A stretch of DNA of 26,621 nucleotides from Myxococcota bacterium (GCA_036336835.1 JAYZFK010000085.1:1-26621); one strand, 5' to 3'. Positions 7,999 through 16,393 are shown, counted from the first letter of the stretch. Program-made: numbers and translations. The notes: generated by a model not told the origin, from the letters alone.

Positions 7999-8975
7999 CG
8001 ATCGGCTCCTTCGCGCAGGAAGGGTTCGGGCACGCGGTCGCCGTGCTTCTGGGCCAGGCGCACTTCTCGGGTGAGCTCGATGGCTCGGCGAACGAAGAGG
8101 ACGCCGATTCCGACGTGCATCAGCAGAAAGATCGCGTTCGTCCACAGGGCGAAGGCGATCAGCTCCTCGCGGCTTGCGAAGTCGGCAAACAGGTTCGACC
8201 AGGCGATCTCGCGGATCCCGAAGTTCCCGAGAGAGGGGAGCGAGATTGCGAGGTAGAGGATCGGAATGCGCCCCATCAGCGCCGTCCACGGGATCACGAT
8301 TCCGAATGCGCGCGATGCGAGCCCCTGGATCAGTACGTCGAAGGCGGCGAAGCCGACGAACATGGCGAGGAACGGCAACAGCTCGCGCAGGGTTACGCTC
8401 GCCCACCACTTTCCGAGGCCGACGCGATCGATCAGCCGACGCCACACGCCGAGGCGCGATGCCAGCGCGATTGCCAACACGATGCTCCAGCCGAAGAACA
8501 CGGTCCCGACGACTTCCGGATTGGCGCCCGGCCCGCCCTCGAGCAATGGGAGCGCCGCGGTGCACTGCAGCAGCAACACGGCGAAGTGAGTCCCGAAGGG
8601 AACCCCGGCGACCGCGATCACCGCGGCCAGTCGTCCTGCCACGAGCTGCGACACACCGAAGAAGAACACCGCATCCGCCAGCGAGTTGTTGACGGTGCGC
8701 ATGAGCTCCGATCCGCCCTTCACCGCGAGGACCTTGCGCACCGGAACGGGCTCGACGAAGCGGCGGATGACCAGAGCCTGGATCAGCCCCCAGACTAGGA
8801 AGAACAGCAGCTTGTCGGCGACCGTGATCAGCGCGAACAGCGGCATGTTGGCGTGAGTGGTGGCTTCTGGAATGGCTTTCCAGTCGATCGCGTAGCCGAA
8901 GACGTAGCCCAGGGCGATCGCAGAGATCGTCCACGGCAGGAGCTGTCGAAGCAGGTTGCGCGAGATGACCGCCAC
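7995..8975 (-). CDS. Polytopic membrane protein, lysylphosphatidylglycerol-synthase TM / flippase-like (UPF0104), about 326 aa
   Basis: Several hydrophobic helices and a C-terminal LPSLGNFGIRE matching the family P..GG.G..E motif. GTG at 8975 chosen; the longer track extension is antisense to the ADH. Confidence 0.7.
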   Translation of the reverse strand: MAVISRNLLRQLLPWTISAIALGYVFGYAIDWKAIPEATTHANMPLFALITVADKLLFFLVWGLIQALVIRRFVEPVPVRKVLAVKGGSELMRTVNNSLADAVFFFGVSQLVAGRLAAVIAVAGVPFGTHFAVLLLQCTAALPLLEGGPGANPEVVGTVFFGWSIVLAIALASRLGVWRRLIDRVGLGKWWASVTLRELLPFLAMFVGFAAFDVLIQGLASRAFGIVIPWTALMGRIPILYLAISLPSLGNFGIREIAWSNLFADFASREELIAFALWTNAIFLLMHVGIGVLFVRRAIELTREVRLAQKHGDRVPEPFLREGADR

Positions 8976-9070
8976 GGCCGGGCCAGGATAGCCGCGCTGG
9001 ACGGACACGCCCGATGGCGGCGAAGATGCCGCAGCCGCGACGGCGCGGTACAACTCCGCCGAGGACCGCA

Positions 9071-10108
9071 ATGAGATCGATGGTGCTGGCAGTCCCCGCC
9101 CCCGCCGAGAGCCGGCCGCTTCAGCTTCGGGAGCGCGATCCGCTGGTGCCGGGGGCGGGCGAGCTACTCGTTCGCATCGAGGTCTGCGGCGTGTGTCGCA
9201 CGGATCTACACGTGGTCGAAGGAGACCTCGAGCCGCGCCGTGGAGCAATCGTACCCGGCCACGAGGTAGTGGGCCGGGTCGAAACTTGTGGACAGAACGT
9301 CGCCGGCTATGCCCCAGGCGATCGGGTCGGGGTCGCCTGGCTCCACCGCACCTGCGGCCGCTGTCGCTTCTGCACCAGCGCGCGAGAGAATTTGTGCGTC
9401 TCACCCCGATTCACCGGTTGGGAGGTCGACGGCGGCTACGCGGACCAGGCGCTCGTCCCGGCCGAATTCGCCTACCGGTTACCCGACACGCTTGCGGCCC
9501 GGGAGGCGGCCCCCCTGCTGTGCGCCGGGATCATTGGCTACCGGGCATATCGACGATCGGGCGTTCGCGCGGGTGGGCGGCTCGGATTGTTCGGGTTCGG
9601 TGGCTCGGCGCACATCGCGATCCAGGTGGCGCGTCACTACGGCTGCGAGGTCTCGGTGTTCAGCCGCGGCGATCGCCATCGCGAGCTGGCCGAGGAGCTC
9701 GGCGCCGTCTGGGTGGGCGCGACGGACGAGCGCCCCCCGCACCCGCTCGACGCAGCGATCCTGTTCGCGCCGACCGGCGAGCTCGTCCCGTTCGCTCTCG
9801 AGGCACTCGATCGCGGTGGCGTGCTCGCCATCGCCGGAATTCACCTGAGTGATATCCCCTCGCTCGACTACCGCCGCCAGCTGTTCGAGGAACGCGAGAT
9901 TCGCAGCGTCACTGCGAACACGCGCGAGGACGGTCGCGCCCTGCTCGGCCTCGCGGGGGAGATCCCCATCCGCACATGGACCACCGGCTATCCGCTCGAA
10001 GCGGCCAACGAGGCCCTGATCGACCTCAAGCGCGGCCGGATTGCGGGTGCCGCAGTCCTCGAGATCGCCCGGACCGGCAGGGGCAGCGAGCACGCTGCGG
10101 CGCTCTGA
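9071..10108 (+). CDS. Zinc-dependent alcohol dehydrogenase (MDR family), 345 aa
   Basis: CGVCRTDLH, PGHEVVG, structural zinc CGRCRFC...C, APLLCAGIIGY, GLFGFGGSAH. SD GAGG at 9061-9064. Confidence 0.93.
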   Translation: MRSMVLAVPAPAESRPLQLRERDPLVPGAGELLVRIEVCGVCRTDLHVVEGDLEPRRGAIVPGHEVVGRVETCGQNVAGYAPGDRVGVAWLHRTCGRCRFCTSARENLCVSPRFTGWEVDGGYADQALVPAEFAYRLPDTLAAREAAPLLCAGIIGYRAYRRSGVRAGGRLGLFGFGGSAHIAIQVARHYGCEVSVFSRGDRHRELAEELGAVWVGATDERPPHPLDAAILFAPTGELVPFALEALDRGGVLAIAGIHLSDIPSLDYRRQLFEEREIRSVTANTREDGRALLGLAGEIPIRTWTTGYPLEAANEALIDLKRGRIAGAAVLEIARTGRGSEHAAAL

Positions 10109-10120
10109 GCGCCGCAGCGT
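10092..10120. terminator. Perfect 14-bp inverted repeat between the convergent ADH and parvulin genes; possible bidirectional terminator or pause hairpin
   Basis: ACGCTGCGGCGCTC (10092-10105) - T - GAGCGCCGCAGCGT (10107-10120). No U-tract on either side. Confidence 0.5.
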
Positions 10121-10135
10121 CCGGCGTCGCGGGGG

Positions 10136-11047
10136 TCAGTCGGCTCCGCCCCCCGCGTCTTCGACCGGGCGGGTGATGACGAGGAAGTCGTCGCGCAAGC
10201 CGTCGAGGTAGGCGCGGAGTGCGCGGTCGCCCTGGCGGCGGCGCCACTCGTTGCGCACCTGCTCTTCGATCGTCTCGAAGGGCGGCGTGCGCGCAGGCTC
10301 GCGATCGACGAGCTGCAGGATGTGGACGCCCGTGCCTGAACGCACCGGCTCGCTGGTTGCGCCCGGCTCGAGCTCCAGCGCGCGGCGCAGCGCGGTCGGC
10401 CCGATGTACTCACGCAGCTTGAGCGCCGGGAGCAGCACGTCCGGCAGGGGTGCGATCTCGTCGTCGCCGTGCTCTTCACGCACGGCTGCAAACGATGCGC
10501 CTCCCGCGAGCGCCGCGAGTGCCGCGGTCGCGCGTTCCTCACCGCTACCGCGCTCGGCGCTGCGACCGCGGAAGAAGATCTGTCGTACGTGCAAGCGGCC
10601 CGGCGACGTGAAGAAGTTTGCGTGCTCCTGGTAGAAGGACCTCAGGTCGCGTTGGCTCGGCTCGATCTCCTCGGCATCGTCGACGATCGACTGGATCATC
10701 GAAGAGGTCAGGTTTGCGCGCACGCGCCGGTCGATGTCCACCAGCCCGAGCTCGACGGCGCGTTGCACGAGCAGCTCCTCGTCGATCATCCTCTCGAGCA
10801 CGTGGCGGCGCAGCTTCGCGTCGACCGGCTCGCGCCGATCGCTCTCGAGCCCCGCGACGAGGCGCTCGTAGTCCTCGACCCGGATCAGCACATCGCCGAC
10901 GCGCGCGACTGCGCCGGTCGGCAGGTCGTCGACGTCCGGGCGCTCGCCGATCACGCCGAGTGCCGCGACGAGCAGCCCCAGCGCGGCACCCATCGCAAGC
11001 CACGATTGCGCCGAATGGCGGCTCTCGTTCTCGGGCTGTCCCGGCAC
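10136..11047 (-). CDS. Membrane-anchored SurA/PpiC (parvulin)-like peptidyl-prolyl isomerase/chaperone
   Basis: N-terminal TM, VARVGDVLI, MIDEELLVQRAVELGL, LRSFYQEH, VRQIFF, SEPVRSGTGVHIL, PPFETIEEQVRNEW. SD GGAGG upstream. Confidence 0.78.
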   Translation of the reverse strand: MPGQPENESRHSAQSWLAMGAALGLLVAALGVIGERPDVDDLPTGAVARVGDVLIRVEDYERLVAGLESDRREPVDAKLRRHVLERMIDEELLVQRAVELGLVDIDRRVRANLTSSMIQSIVDDAEEIEPSQRDLRSFYQEHANFFTSPGRLHVRQIFFRGRSAERGSGEERATAALAALAGGASFAAVREEHGDDEIAPLPDVLLPALKLREYIGPTALRRALELEPGATSEPVRSGTGVHILQLVDREPARTPPFETIEEQVRNEWRRRQGDRALRAYLDGLRDDFLVITRPVEDAGGGAD

Positions 11048-11080
11048 CCACTGCCTCCGCCCACTTCTGCAGGGGCGGCG

Positions 11081-11090
11081 ATAGTATCCT
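11081..11090. promoter_or_regulatory. Overlapping divergent -10 hexamers: TACTAT on - (11086-11081) and TATCCT on + (11085-11090)
   Basis: AT-rich ATAGTATCCT patch in the 83-bp gap between two divergent genes; both fit TANNNT. Confidence 0.45.
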
Positions 11091-11130
11091 GATCGGCGTG
11101 TCGATTCTGCTAGAAACGGAGAGACCCGAA

Positions 11131-12213
11131 ATGGCCGGCGAAGCGAGACCGATCGACCCCGACGTGCTCAAGGCAACCGCCCGCCAGGTGTTCGAAGCGC
11201 TCGGCGGCGCCATGACCTCGGCCATGATCTACCTCGGCGACCAGCTGGGGCTGTACCGCGCGCTTGCCGGAGGCGAGCCGGTGACGAGCACCGAGCTGGC
11301 CGAGAGGACGGGGCTGCACGAGCGCTGGCTGCGCGAGTGGCTGTACCAGCAGGGCGCGGCCGGTCTGCTCGAGCACCTCGGCGATGAGCGGTTCGCACTG
11401 TCGCCCGAGGCGGGCGCGGTGCTGGCCGACGAGTCGCACCCGGCCTTCGGTGCAGGCTTCTTCTCGTACTTGCCGCAGACGCTGGGCGTGGCCGAGCAGC
11501 TACCGGAGTCGTTTCGCACCGGCGTCGGGCTGCCGTACGACGCCTTCGGCGAGCAGGGGGCGGCGGGAATCGAACGCGGCTTTGCCCCGTGGTTCCGCGC
11601 GATGCTCGTTCCGCTCGCGCTGCCGCGCATCGACGGTCTGATCGATCGCCTCGCGGAGGGCATCGAGGTTGCAGACGTGGGATGTGGCAGCGGCATTGCG
11701 CTGCTCGAGCTCGCGCGTTCGTTTCCACACGCGCGTTTCCGGGGCTACGACATCTCGCGCCACGCACTCGAGCGTGCCGAGGCGAATCGCGCCGAAACTG
11801 GAGTCGACAACGCGAGCTTTCACGATGCGGCGGTCGATCCGCTGCCCGCGGACGGGCGTTTCGGCTTCATGACGACGTTCGATTGCCTGCACGACATGAC
11901 CGATCCGGCCGGTGTGATTCGAGCGATCCGCGCCGCGATCGCGGAGGACGGTGTCTGGCTGATCGCCGACATCAAGGCGCAGCCGGACTACGCATCCAAC
12001 GTCGAGCACAATCCCATGGCGGCGATGATGTACGGAACGAGTGTGCTCACCTGTATGTCGTCCGCGCTCTCCGAGCCCGATGGTCTGGGCCTCGGGACGC
12101 TGGGGCTGCACGCCGGGCTGGTCGAACAGCTCGTGCGTGAGGCTGGTTTCAGCAAGTTCGAGCAGCTCGACCTCGGCCATCCGGTCAACGCCTTCTACCT
12201 CGTTCGACCGTAG
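11131..12213 (+). CDS. Class I SAM-dependent methyltransferase with N-terminal winged helix (Rv2258c-like), 360 aa
   Basis: YLGDQLGLYRAL, ELAERTGLHERWLREWL, VADVGCGSG, GYDIS, FDCLHDMTDP. SD GGAG upstream of ATG 11131. Confidence 0.88.
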   Translation: MAGEARPIDPDVLKATARQVFEALGGAMTSAMIYLGDQLGLYRALAGGEPVTSTELAERTGLHERWLREWLYQQGAAGLLEHLGDERFALSPEAGAVLADESHPAFGAGFFSYLPQTLGVAEQLPESFRTGVGLPYDAFGEQGAAGIERGFAPWFRAMLVPLALPRIDGLIDRLAEGIEVADVGCGSGIALLELARSFPHARFRGYDISRHALERAEANRAETGVDNASFHDAAVDPLPADGRFGFMTTFDCLHDMTDPAGVIRAIRAAIAEDGVWLIADIKAQPDYASNVEHNPMAAMMYGTSVLTCMSSALSEPDGLGLGTLGLHAGLVEQLVREAGFSKFEQLDLGHPVNAFYLVRP

Positions 12214-12243
12214 CCGCACCCACCCATCCCGAGCTCCAACGCG

Positions 12244-12259
12244 CGTGATCGAGATCACG
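12244..12259. promoter_or_regulatory. CRP/FNR-family binding site candidate
   Basis: Palindrome CGTGATCGAGATCACG, 13/16 identical to the CRP consensus TGTGATCTAGATCACA. Intergenic, upstream of the small secreted ORF. Confidence 0.6.
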
Positions 12260-12308
12260 GATCGTGCGTCCGGGAGCCGCCATCCTCCTCATTCGGAGGG
12301 ACACGCCC

Positions 12309-12506
12309 ATGATGCGTATGGTCTTGACGACTCTGGTGTTCGTGAGCTTCCTGGTGCTCGCGCCACCCATCCGTGCGGACGAGTCCAACGGCACCTCGAC
12401 TGAGGGCATCGAGGCTCCCGGCGACGAGACGGCACCGCCCGTCGATCCCCAGCCGCCTGCGGAGCCGAGCGAGCCTGGCGAGGACGAGGAAGGCTCGTCG
12501 AACTGA
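12309..12506 (+). CDS. Small secreted acidic Pro/Glu-rich peptide, 65 aa
   Basis: SD GGAGGG at 12295-12300. Sec-type signal MMRMVLTTLVFVSFLVLAPPIRA followed by a 42-aa acidic tail. Confidence 0.65.
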   Translation: MMRMVLTTLVFVSFLVLAPPIRADESNGTSTEGIEAPGDETAPPVDPQPPAEPSEPGEDEEGSSN

Positions 12507-12676
12507 TGGAGCCACGCTTGGCCCCGCCGAGCCGGGGGTGAGAGGCGGTCGTCGCTCCTGCCTGGCAGTGGGGGCGGCGGCCAGCCTCCGGCGTCTGCCG
12601 GGATCTCTCCAGCTCCCGTGAGATTCGCCGCCTCTGATCGTGTTCGCGGTGACGGATGCGCCACACTGGCGGGGCG

Positions 12677-13693
12677 ATGGTTCGAACGATCCACGACCTC
12701 GCCACGCCGGCACTGCTGATCGAGTGCTCTGCGCTCGAGCACAATCTCGACGCGATGACGCGGGCGCTGCCCGGCGCGCGGCTGCGGCCGCACGTGAAGG
12801 CGCACAAGTGCAGCGCGCTGGCTCGGCTCCAGCGAGCGCGCGGGCATCCGGGCCTGACCTGCGCGACGATCCGCGAGCTGGAGGGACTCGCCGCCGCCGG
12901 GCTCGCCGAGGATCTGCTGCTGGCCAACGAGATCGTCGACACGCGCCAGACGGCGCGACTCGGGCGGCTGATCGAGCAGGGCGCGCGAGTCACGCTGGCG
13001 GTCGACTCGGAGGAGACGATCCGCGCCGCAGCCGAGGGCGGCGTGTGCGAGGTATTGGTCGATGTCAACGTCGGCCTGCCCCGCTGCGGCTGCTCACCCG
13101 GTGACGCAGGAGGCCTGGCAGATCGAGCGCGCTCGGCCGGTCTCTCGGTGCGCGGCGTGATGGGCTACGAGGGGCACGCTGTCGGGGTCGACGATCGCGC
13201 CAAGCGCGAGGCCCTGTGCGCCGAGTCGATGCGGCTCCTCTCGGCAGCACACGCAGAGGTGGGAGGCGACGTGGTGTCGGCAGGTGGCACTGGCACGTTC
13301 GACTGCAACGACGTCGCAACCGAGATCCAGGCGGGCTCCTATGTGTTGATGGACACTGCGTACGGAAAGCTCGAGCTCGGGTTTCGCCAGGCGCTCTTCG
13401 TCCTCTCGACCGTGGTGTCGGTATCCGAGTCGTACGCTGTCGCCGACTGTGGTCTCAAATCGCTGGGTATGGACCACGGCAATCCGACCATCGAAGGTGC
13501 TTCGATCTGGTTCTGCTCCGACGAGCACACGACATTTGCGCCCGAGCCATCCCCTCGGCCCTTGCGGCCGGGCGACCGGGTGCGCGTGCTTCCGGCGCAC
13601 GTCGATCCGACCGTTGCATACCACCCGGCGCTGCACGTCGTGGATGGCGAGAAGCTGATCGAACGCTACGAGGTCGATCTTCGCGGCTGGTAG
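12677..13693 (+). CDS. DSD1 / D-threonine aldolase family PLP enzyme (alanine-racemase fold), 338 aa
   Basis: ATPALLI, LRPHVKAHK (PLP lysine), VDVNVGLPRCG, GVMGYEGH, SAGGTGT, EIQAGSYVLMD, SDEH, PAHVDPT. Confidence 0.88.
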   Translation: MVRTIHDLATPALLIECSALEHNLDAMTRALPGARLRPHVKAHKCSALARLQRARGHPGLTCATIRELEGLAAAGLAEDLLLANEIVDTRQTARLGRLIEQGARVTLAVDSEETIRAAAEGGVCEVLVDVNVGLPRCGCSPGDAGGLADRARSAGLSVRGVMGYEGHAVGVDDRAKREALCAESMRLLSAAHAEVGGDVVSAGGTGTFDCNDVATEIQAGSYVLMDTAYGKLELGFRQALFVLSTVVSVSESYAVADCGLKSLGMDHGNPTIEGASIWFCSDEHTTFAPEPSPRPLRPGDRVRVLPAHVDPTVAYHPALHVVDGEKLIERYEVDLRGW

Positions 13694-13737
13694 AACAGGA
13701 GCCGATCGGCGGGACCGGCAGGTTCCGGGCGTGGGAG

Positions 13738-14559
13738 ATGCCGTCAGTGAGCAGTGCGGTGCAGAGACAGCGCGTGATCGCGGGCGAGGATCTGGCGAAG
13801 CCGGAGCTGATCGACCTCGCCAGCGGCCGCGCAGCCCTCTACAGCTCGCGCTCGCCCGAGAAGGACTCTGGCAACGAGGACGCCATCGGTGTGTTCGCCG
13901 TCGATGGATCCCGCGTTCTGCTCGCCGTGGCCGATGGCATGGGAGGCGCTGCTGCGGGCGCGCGCGCTTCGGCCGAGGCGCTTGGTTCGGTGCAGCGCTC
14001 GGTGTGTCCGCGCGACGGCGAGGAGACCCCGCGGCCGCCCGTGCTCGATGCCTTCGATGATGCGAATCGGCGCGTGCTCGGTCTCGGCGTCGGTGCCGCG
14101 ACGACACTGTGCCTTGCCGAAGTCGAGGGCGATCAGCTGCGCCTCTACAACGTGGGCGATTCGGCAGCGCTCCTCGTCGGGCAGCGAGGGAAGCTCAAGC
14201 TGCAGACGATCGCGCACTCGCCGGTGGGGTACGCCCTCGAGTCCGGGCTGCTCGACGAGACGGAGGCGCTCCACCACGACGAACGCCACGTCGTTTCGAA
14301 CGTGATCGGTTCGCGAGACATGCGGATCGATGTTGGCAGCCCAATGAGGCTCGCACCGCGCGACACGGTGCTGCTCGGGAGTGACGGTCTGTTCGACAAC
14401 ATCTCGCTCGACGAGATCATCGCGTGCATCCGGTGCGGGCCGCTCGACGAGGCCGCGCAACGTCTGCTCGAGATCAGCATTCAGCGCATGCGCTCACCAG
14501 CCGAGGGCGAGCCGAGCAAGCCCGACGATCTGAGCTTCGTGCTGTATCGGATTTGCTAG
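13738..14559 (+). CDS. PP2C/PPM family Ser/Thr protein phosphatase, about 273 aa
   Basis: NEDA, AVADGMGG, ATTL, NVGDS, LLGSDGLFD, DDLSFV. The start could be a slightly later GTG. Confidence 0.88.
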   Translation: MPSVSSAVQRQRVIAGEDLAKPELIDLASGRAALYSSRSPEKDSGNEDAIGVFAVDGSRVLLAVADGMGGAAAGARASAEALGSVQRSVCPRDGEETPRPPVLDAFDDANRRVLGLGVGAATTLCLAEVEGDQLRLYNVGDSAALLVGQRGKLKLQTIAHSPVGYALESGLLDETEALHHDERHVVSNVIGSRDMRIDVGSPMRLAPRDTVLLGSDGLFDNISLDEIIACIRCGPLDEAAQRLLEISIQRMRSPAEGEPSKPDDLSFVLYRIC

Positions 14560-14569
14560 GCGAGTGTCG

Positions 14570-15913
14570 TCAACGTGTGCGTTTCGACTGGCCGAAGGTT
14601 CCCGCGTGAGGCTCGCGGCGGCCGCACCATGGGCAGAAGCGCCACGACTGACGCGACACGGGCCAGCGACATCGCGGGCAGCGGTCGGGCAGGTCGGGGT
14701 GCGTCCAGGCGCGGCGCGGCTTGCGTTTGCACAACGGGCAGTAGCGCATGAACGGCTGGAGCTGGCCGTCGCACGAGCGCGAGACGCATGAACGTTCGGC
14801 GCGGGGGTCGAACGGCGGCGGTCGCCCGTTGCCCTCGAGCCGGCCCGGATAACACCACGGACACGCGGTCCACTCGGGCCTCAGACCTCGCTCGCACTCC
14901 GGGCAGTAGAGCGGATACCGGGTGATGTCGCAGAACGAGTTGTCCTTGCTGCCGCACCAGGGACACACGCGCATCGTCTCTGCGATCGGGCCGTCACATC
15001 GGTGGCAGCGAAAGCGCAGCTCGAGCCCGCGGCCGTGGCGCTTGCGAAACAGCTCCGACTCGACCTGGAGCGGAGAGGGCGACGGCTTGCGCGCGGGCTT
15101 CCTGCGGCGGCGCGACTGTTGCTCGCGCTCCGCCTCGACACGGTGGAAGGCCTTCTCGAGGGCCTCGTGGAAGGCGATCGCATCGGGATAGCGACCGACG
15201 GGATCGAACGTCCCGGCCTTGTGCAGCACCTTCTGAATCGGCGCTGGAACGCGCTGCAGGAAGTGGTCGTAGCGGGGTGGCGGCCACTCGAACGGCCACG
15301 TCGGGAGCTCACCGGTCAGGGTCTCGTAGGCAATCAGGCCGAGCGAGAACACGTCCGAGGTCAGCTTGGGTCGGCCGTAGGCCTGCTCTGGGGCCATGTA
15401 GCCGAGGGTTCCGGCCTCGGTGAAGGCGCGGGTTGCGCCGCGCGCGAAGGTCGAGACACCGAAGTCGGAGATCGCGGCGCGGTGATCGGCAAAGATCAGG
15501 ATGTTCTCGGGCTTCACGTCGCGGTGCATGACCCGTTTGGAGTGGGCGTAGGCGAGCCCGGCTGCGGCGTTGCGGATCACCTGCAAGCCGATCCGCGCCG
15601 AACGGCGTGCTCCCGAGTATTCGGCCAGGTTGCGATCCGCGAGGTCGGTCGCGATCACGAAATGGCCGTCGATCCAGTCCGCATTGCGGACAGAAACGAC
15701 GTTGGGATGCGAGAGCTGCGACGCGATACGCGCCTCGCGCTCGAGCTCCTTGGGCTCGTACTCCTTGATCAGCTCGGGAAGGGCGATCTTCAGGGCGACG
15801 TAGCGCTGCTCGACGCCGTCGCGCGCCTTCCAGACCTCGGCGAAGCTGCCGCGGCCCAGGCGTCGGTCGAGTCGGTACTTTCCAAGGCGCGTGCCGCGAC
15901 GAAGCGAGACCAT
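14570..15913 (-). CDS. Hanks-type Ser/Thr protein kinase with four C-terminal zinc ribbons, 447 aa
   Basis: LGRGSFAEV, VALK, HRDVKPENIL, DFG, GTLGYMAPEQ, SDVFSLG. C-terminal CHRC..CPWC, CPEC..CPWC, CVSRSC..CPLC, CPRC..CPWC. Confidence 0.93.
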   Translation of the reverse strand: MVSLRRGTRLGKYRLDRRLGRGSFAEVWKARDGVEQRYVALKIALPELIKEYEPKELEREARIASQLSHPNVVSVRNADWIDGHFVIATDLADRNLAEYSGARRSARIGLQVIRNAAAGLAYAHSKRVMHRDVKPENILIFADHRAAISDFGVSTFARGATRAFTEAGTLGYMAPEQAYGRPKLTSDVFSLGLIAYETLTGELPTWPFEWPPPRYDHFLQRVPAPIQKVLHKAGTFDPVGRYPDAIAFHEALEKAFHRVEAEREQQSRRRRKPARKPSPSPLQVESELFRKRHGRGLELRFRCHRCDGPIAETMRVCPWCGSKDNSFCDITRYPLYCPECERGLRPEWTACPWCYPGRLEGNGRPPPFDPRAERSCVSRSCDGQLQPFMRYCPLCKRKPRRAWTHPDLPDRCPRCRWPVSRQSWRFCPWCGRREPHAGTFGQSKRTR

Positions 15914-15958
15914 ATCGAGAGACTCCGAGCTCCGCGCCCGCCCGCAGCGGGCCAGTCG

Positions 15959-15964
15959 ATTCTA
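15959..15964 (-). promoter_or_regulatory. -10 element TAGAAT upstream of the kinase
   Basis: Near-consensus TAGAAT on - strand, 45 nt upstream of the ATG; GGAG SD in between. Confidence 0.45.
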
Positions 15965-15983
15965 CCCGCGCTGTGCGCGGATC

Positions 15984-16289
15984 CTACCCGCCTTCGCGCG
16001 CCGGTAGTTCGATTTGCGGCTGCTCCGGATGTGGCCGGTACAGGATCACCGTGTGACCGACCAGACCGCATAGCTCGGCGCCGCTGCGCTTGGCCAGCTC
16101 GCGGGCTGCGGCCTTCTTGTCGTCGGGCTCGCGCAGGCGGACCTTGACCAGCTCGTGGTCGTCGAGCGCGCGATCGAGTGCGCCGAGCACGCCGGGGCTG
16201 ACGCCGCCCTCTCCAACGTGCACCAGCGCCTTGCGAGGGTTGGCGAGACCGCGGAGGTAGCGGCGCTGGAAGCCTTGGAGAGGGGCCAT
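15984..16289 (-). CDS. yhbY: YhbY (CRM domain) RNA-binding ribosome-assembly protein, 101 aa
   Basis: QRRYLRGLAN..KALVHVGEGGV...ALDDHELVKVRL...VGHTVILYRP. SD AGGAG upstream of ATG 16289; TACGTT -10 candidate at 16317-16312. Confidence 0.9.
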   Translation of the reverse strand: MAPLQGFQRRYLRGLANPRKALVHVGEGGVSPGVLGALDRALDDHELVKVRLREPDDKKAAARELAKRSGAELCGLVGHTVILYRPHPEQPQIELPAREGG

Positions 16290-16393
16290 TCGGTGCTCCT
16301 GACGGCCGGGCAACGTAGGACCGCCCCGCGCAGGCTGCCAGCCGCCCGCAGGCGCTGGGCTGTCCGGACGCGGCCGTGGCGTGGAGCGATGGC

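Noticed and set aside
6772..8934. 720-aa minus-strand ORF
   Set aside because: Arg-rich off-frame and antisense shadow across the flippase-like, TOPRIM-like and rlmD genes.
9071..10108. ADH as a partner of AOR in an acid-to-alcohol pathway
   Set aside because: It lies over 8 kb away in a separate transcription unit, so linkage is unsupported.
15958..15991. Imperfect 12-bp direct repeat GAT(T/C)CTACCCGC
   Set aside because: One copy contains the yhbY stop and the other the kinase -10; too short to separate from chance.
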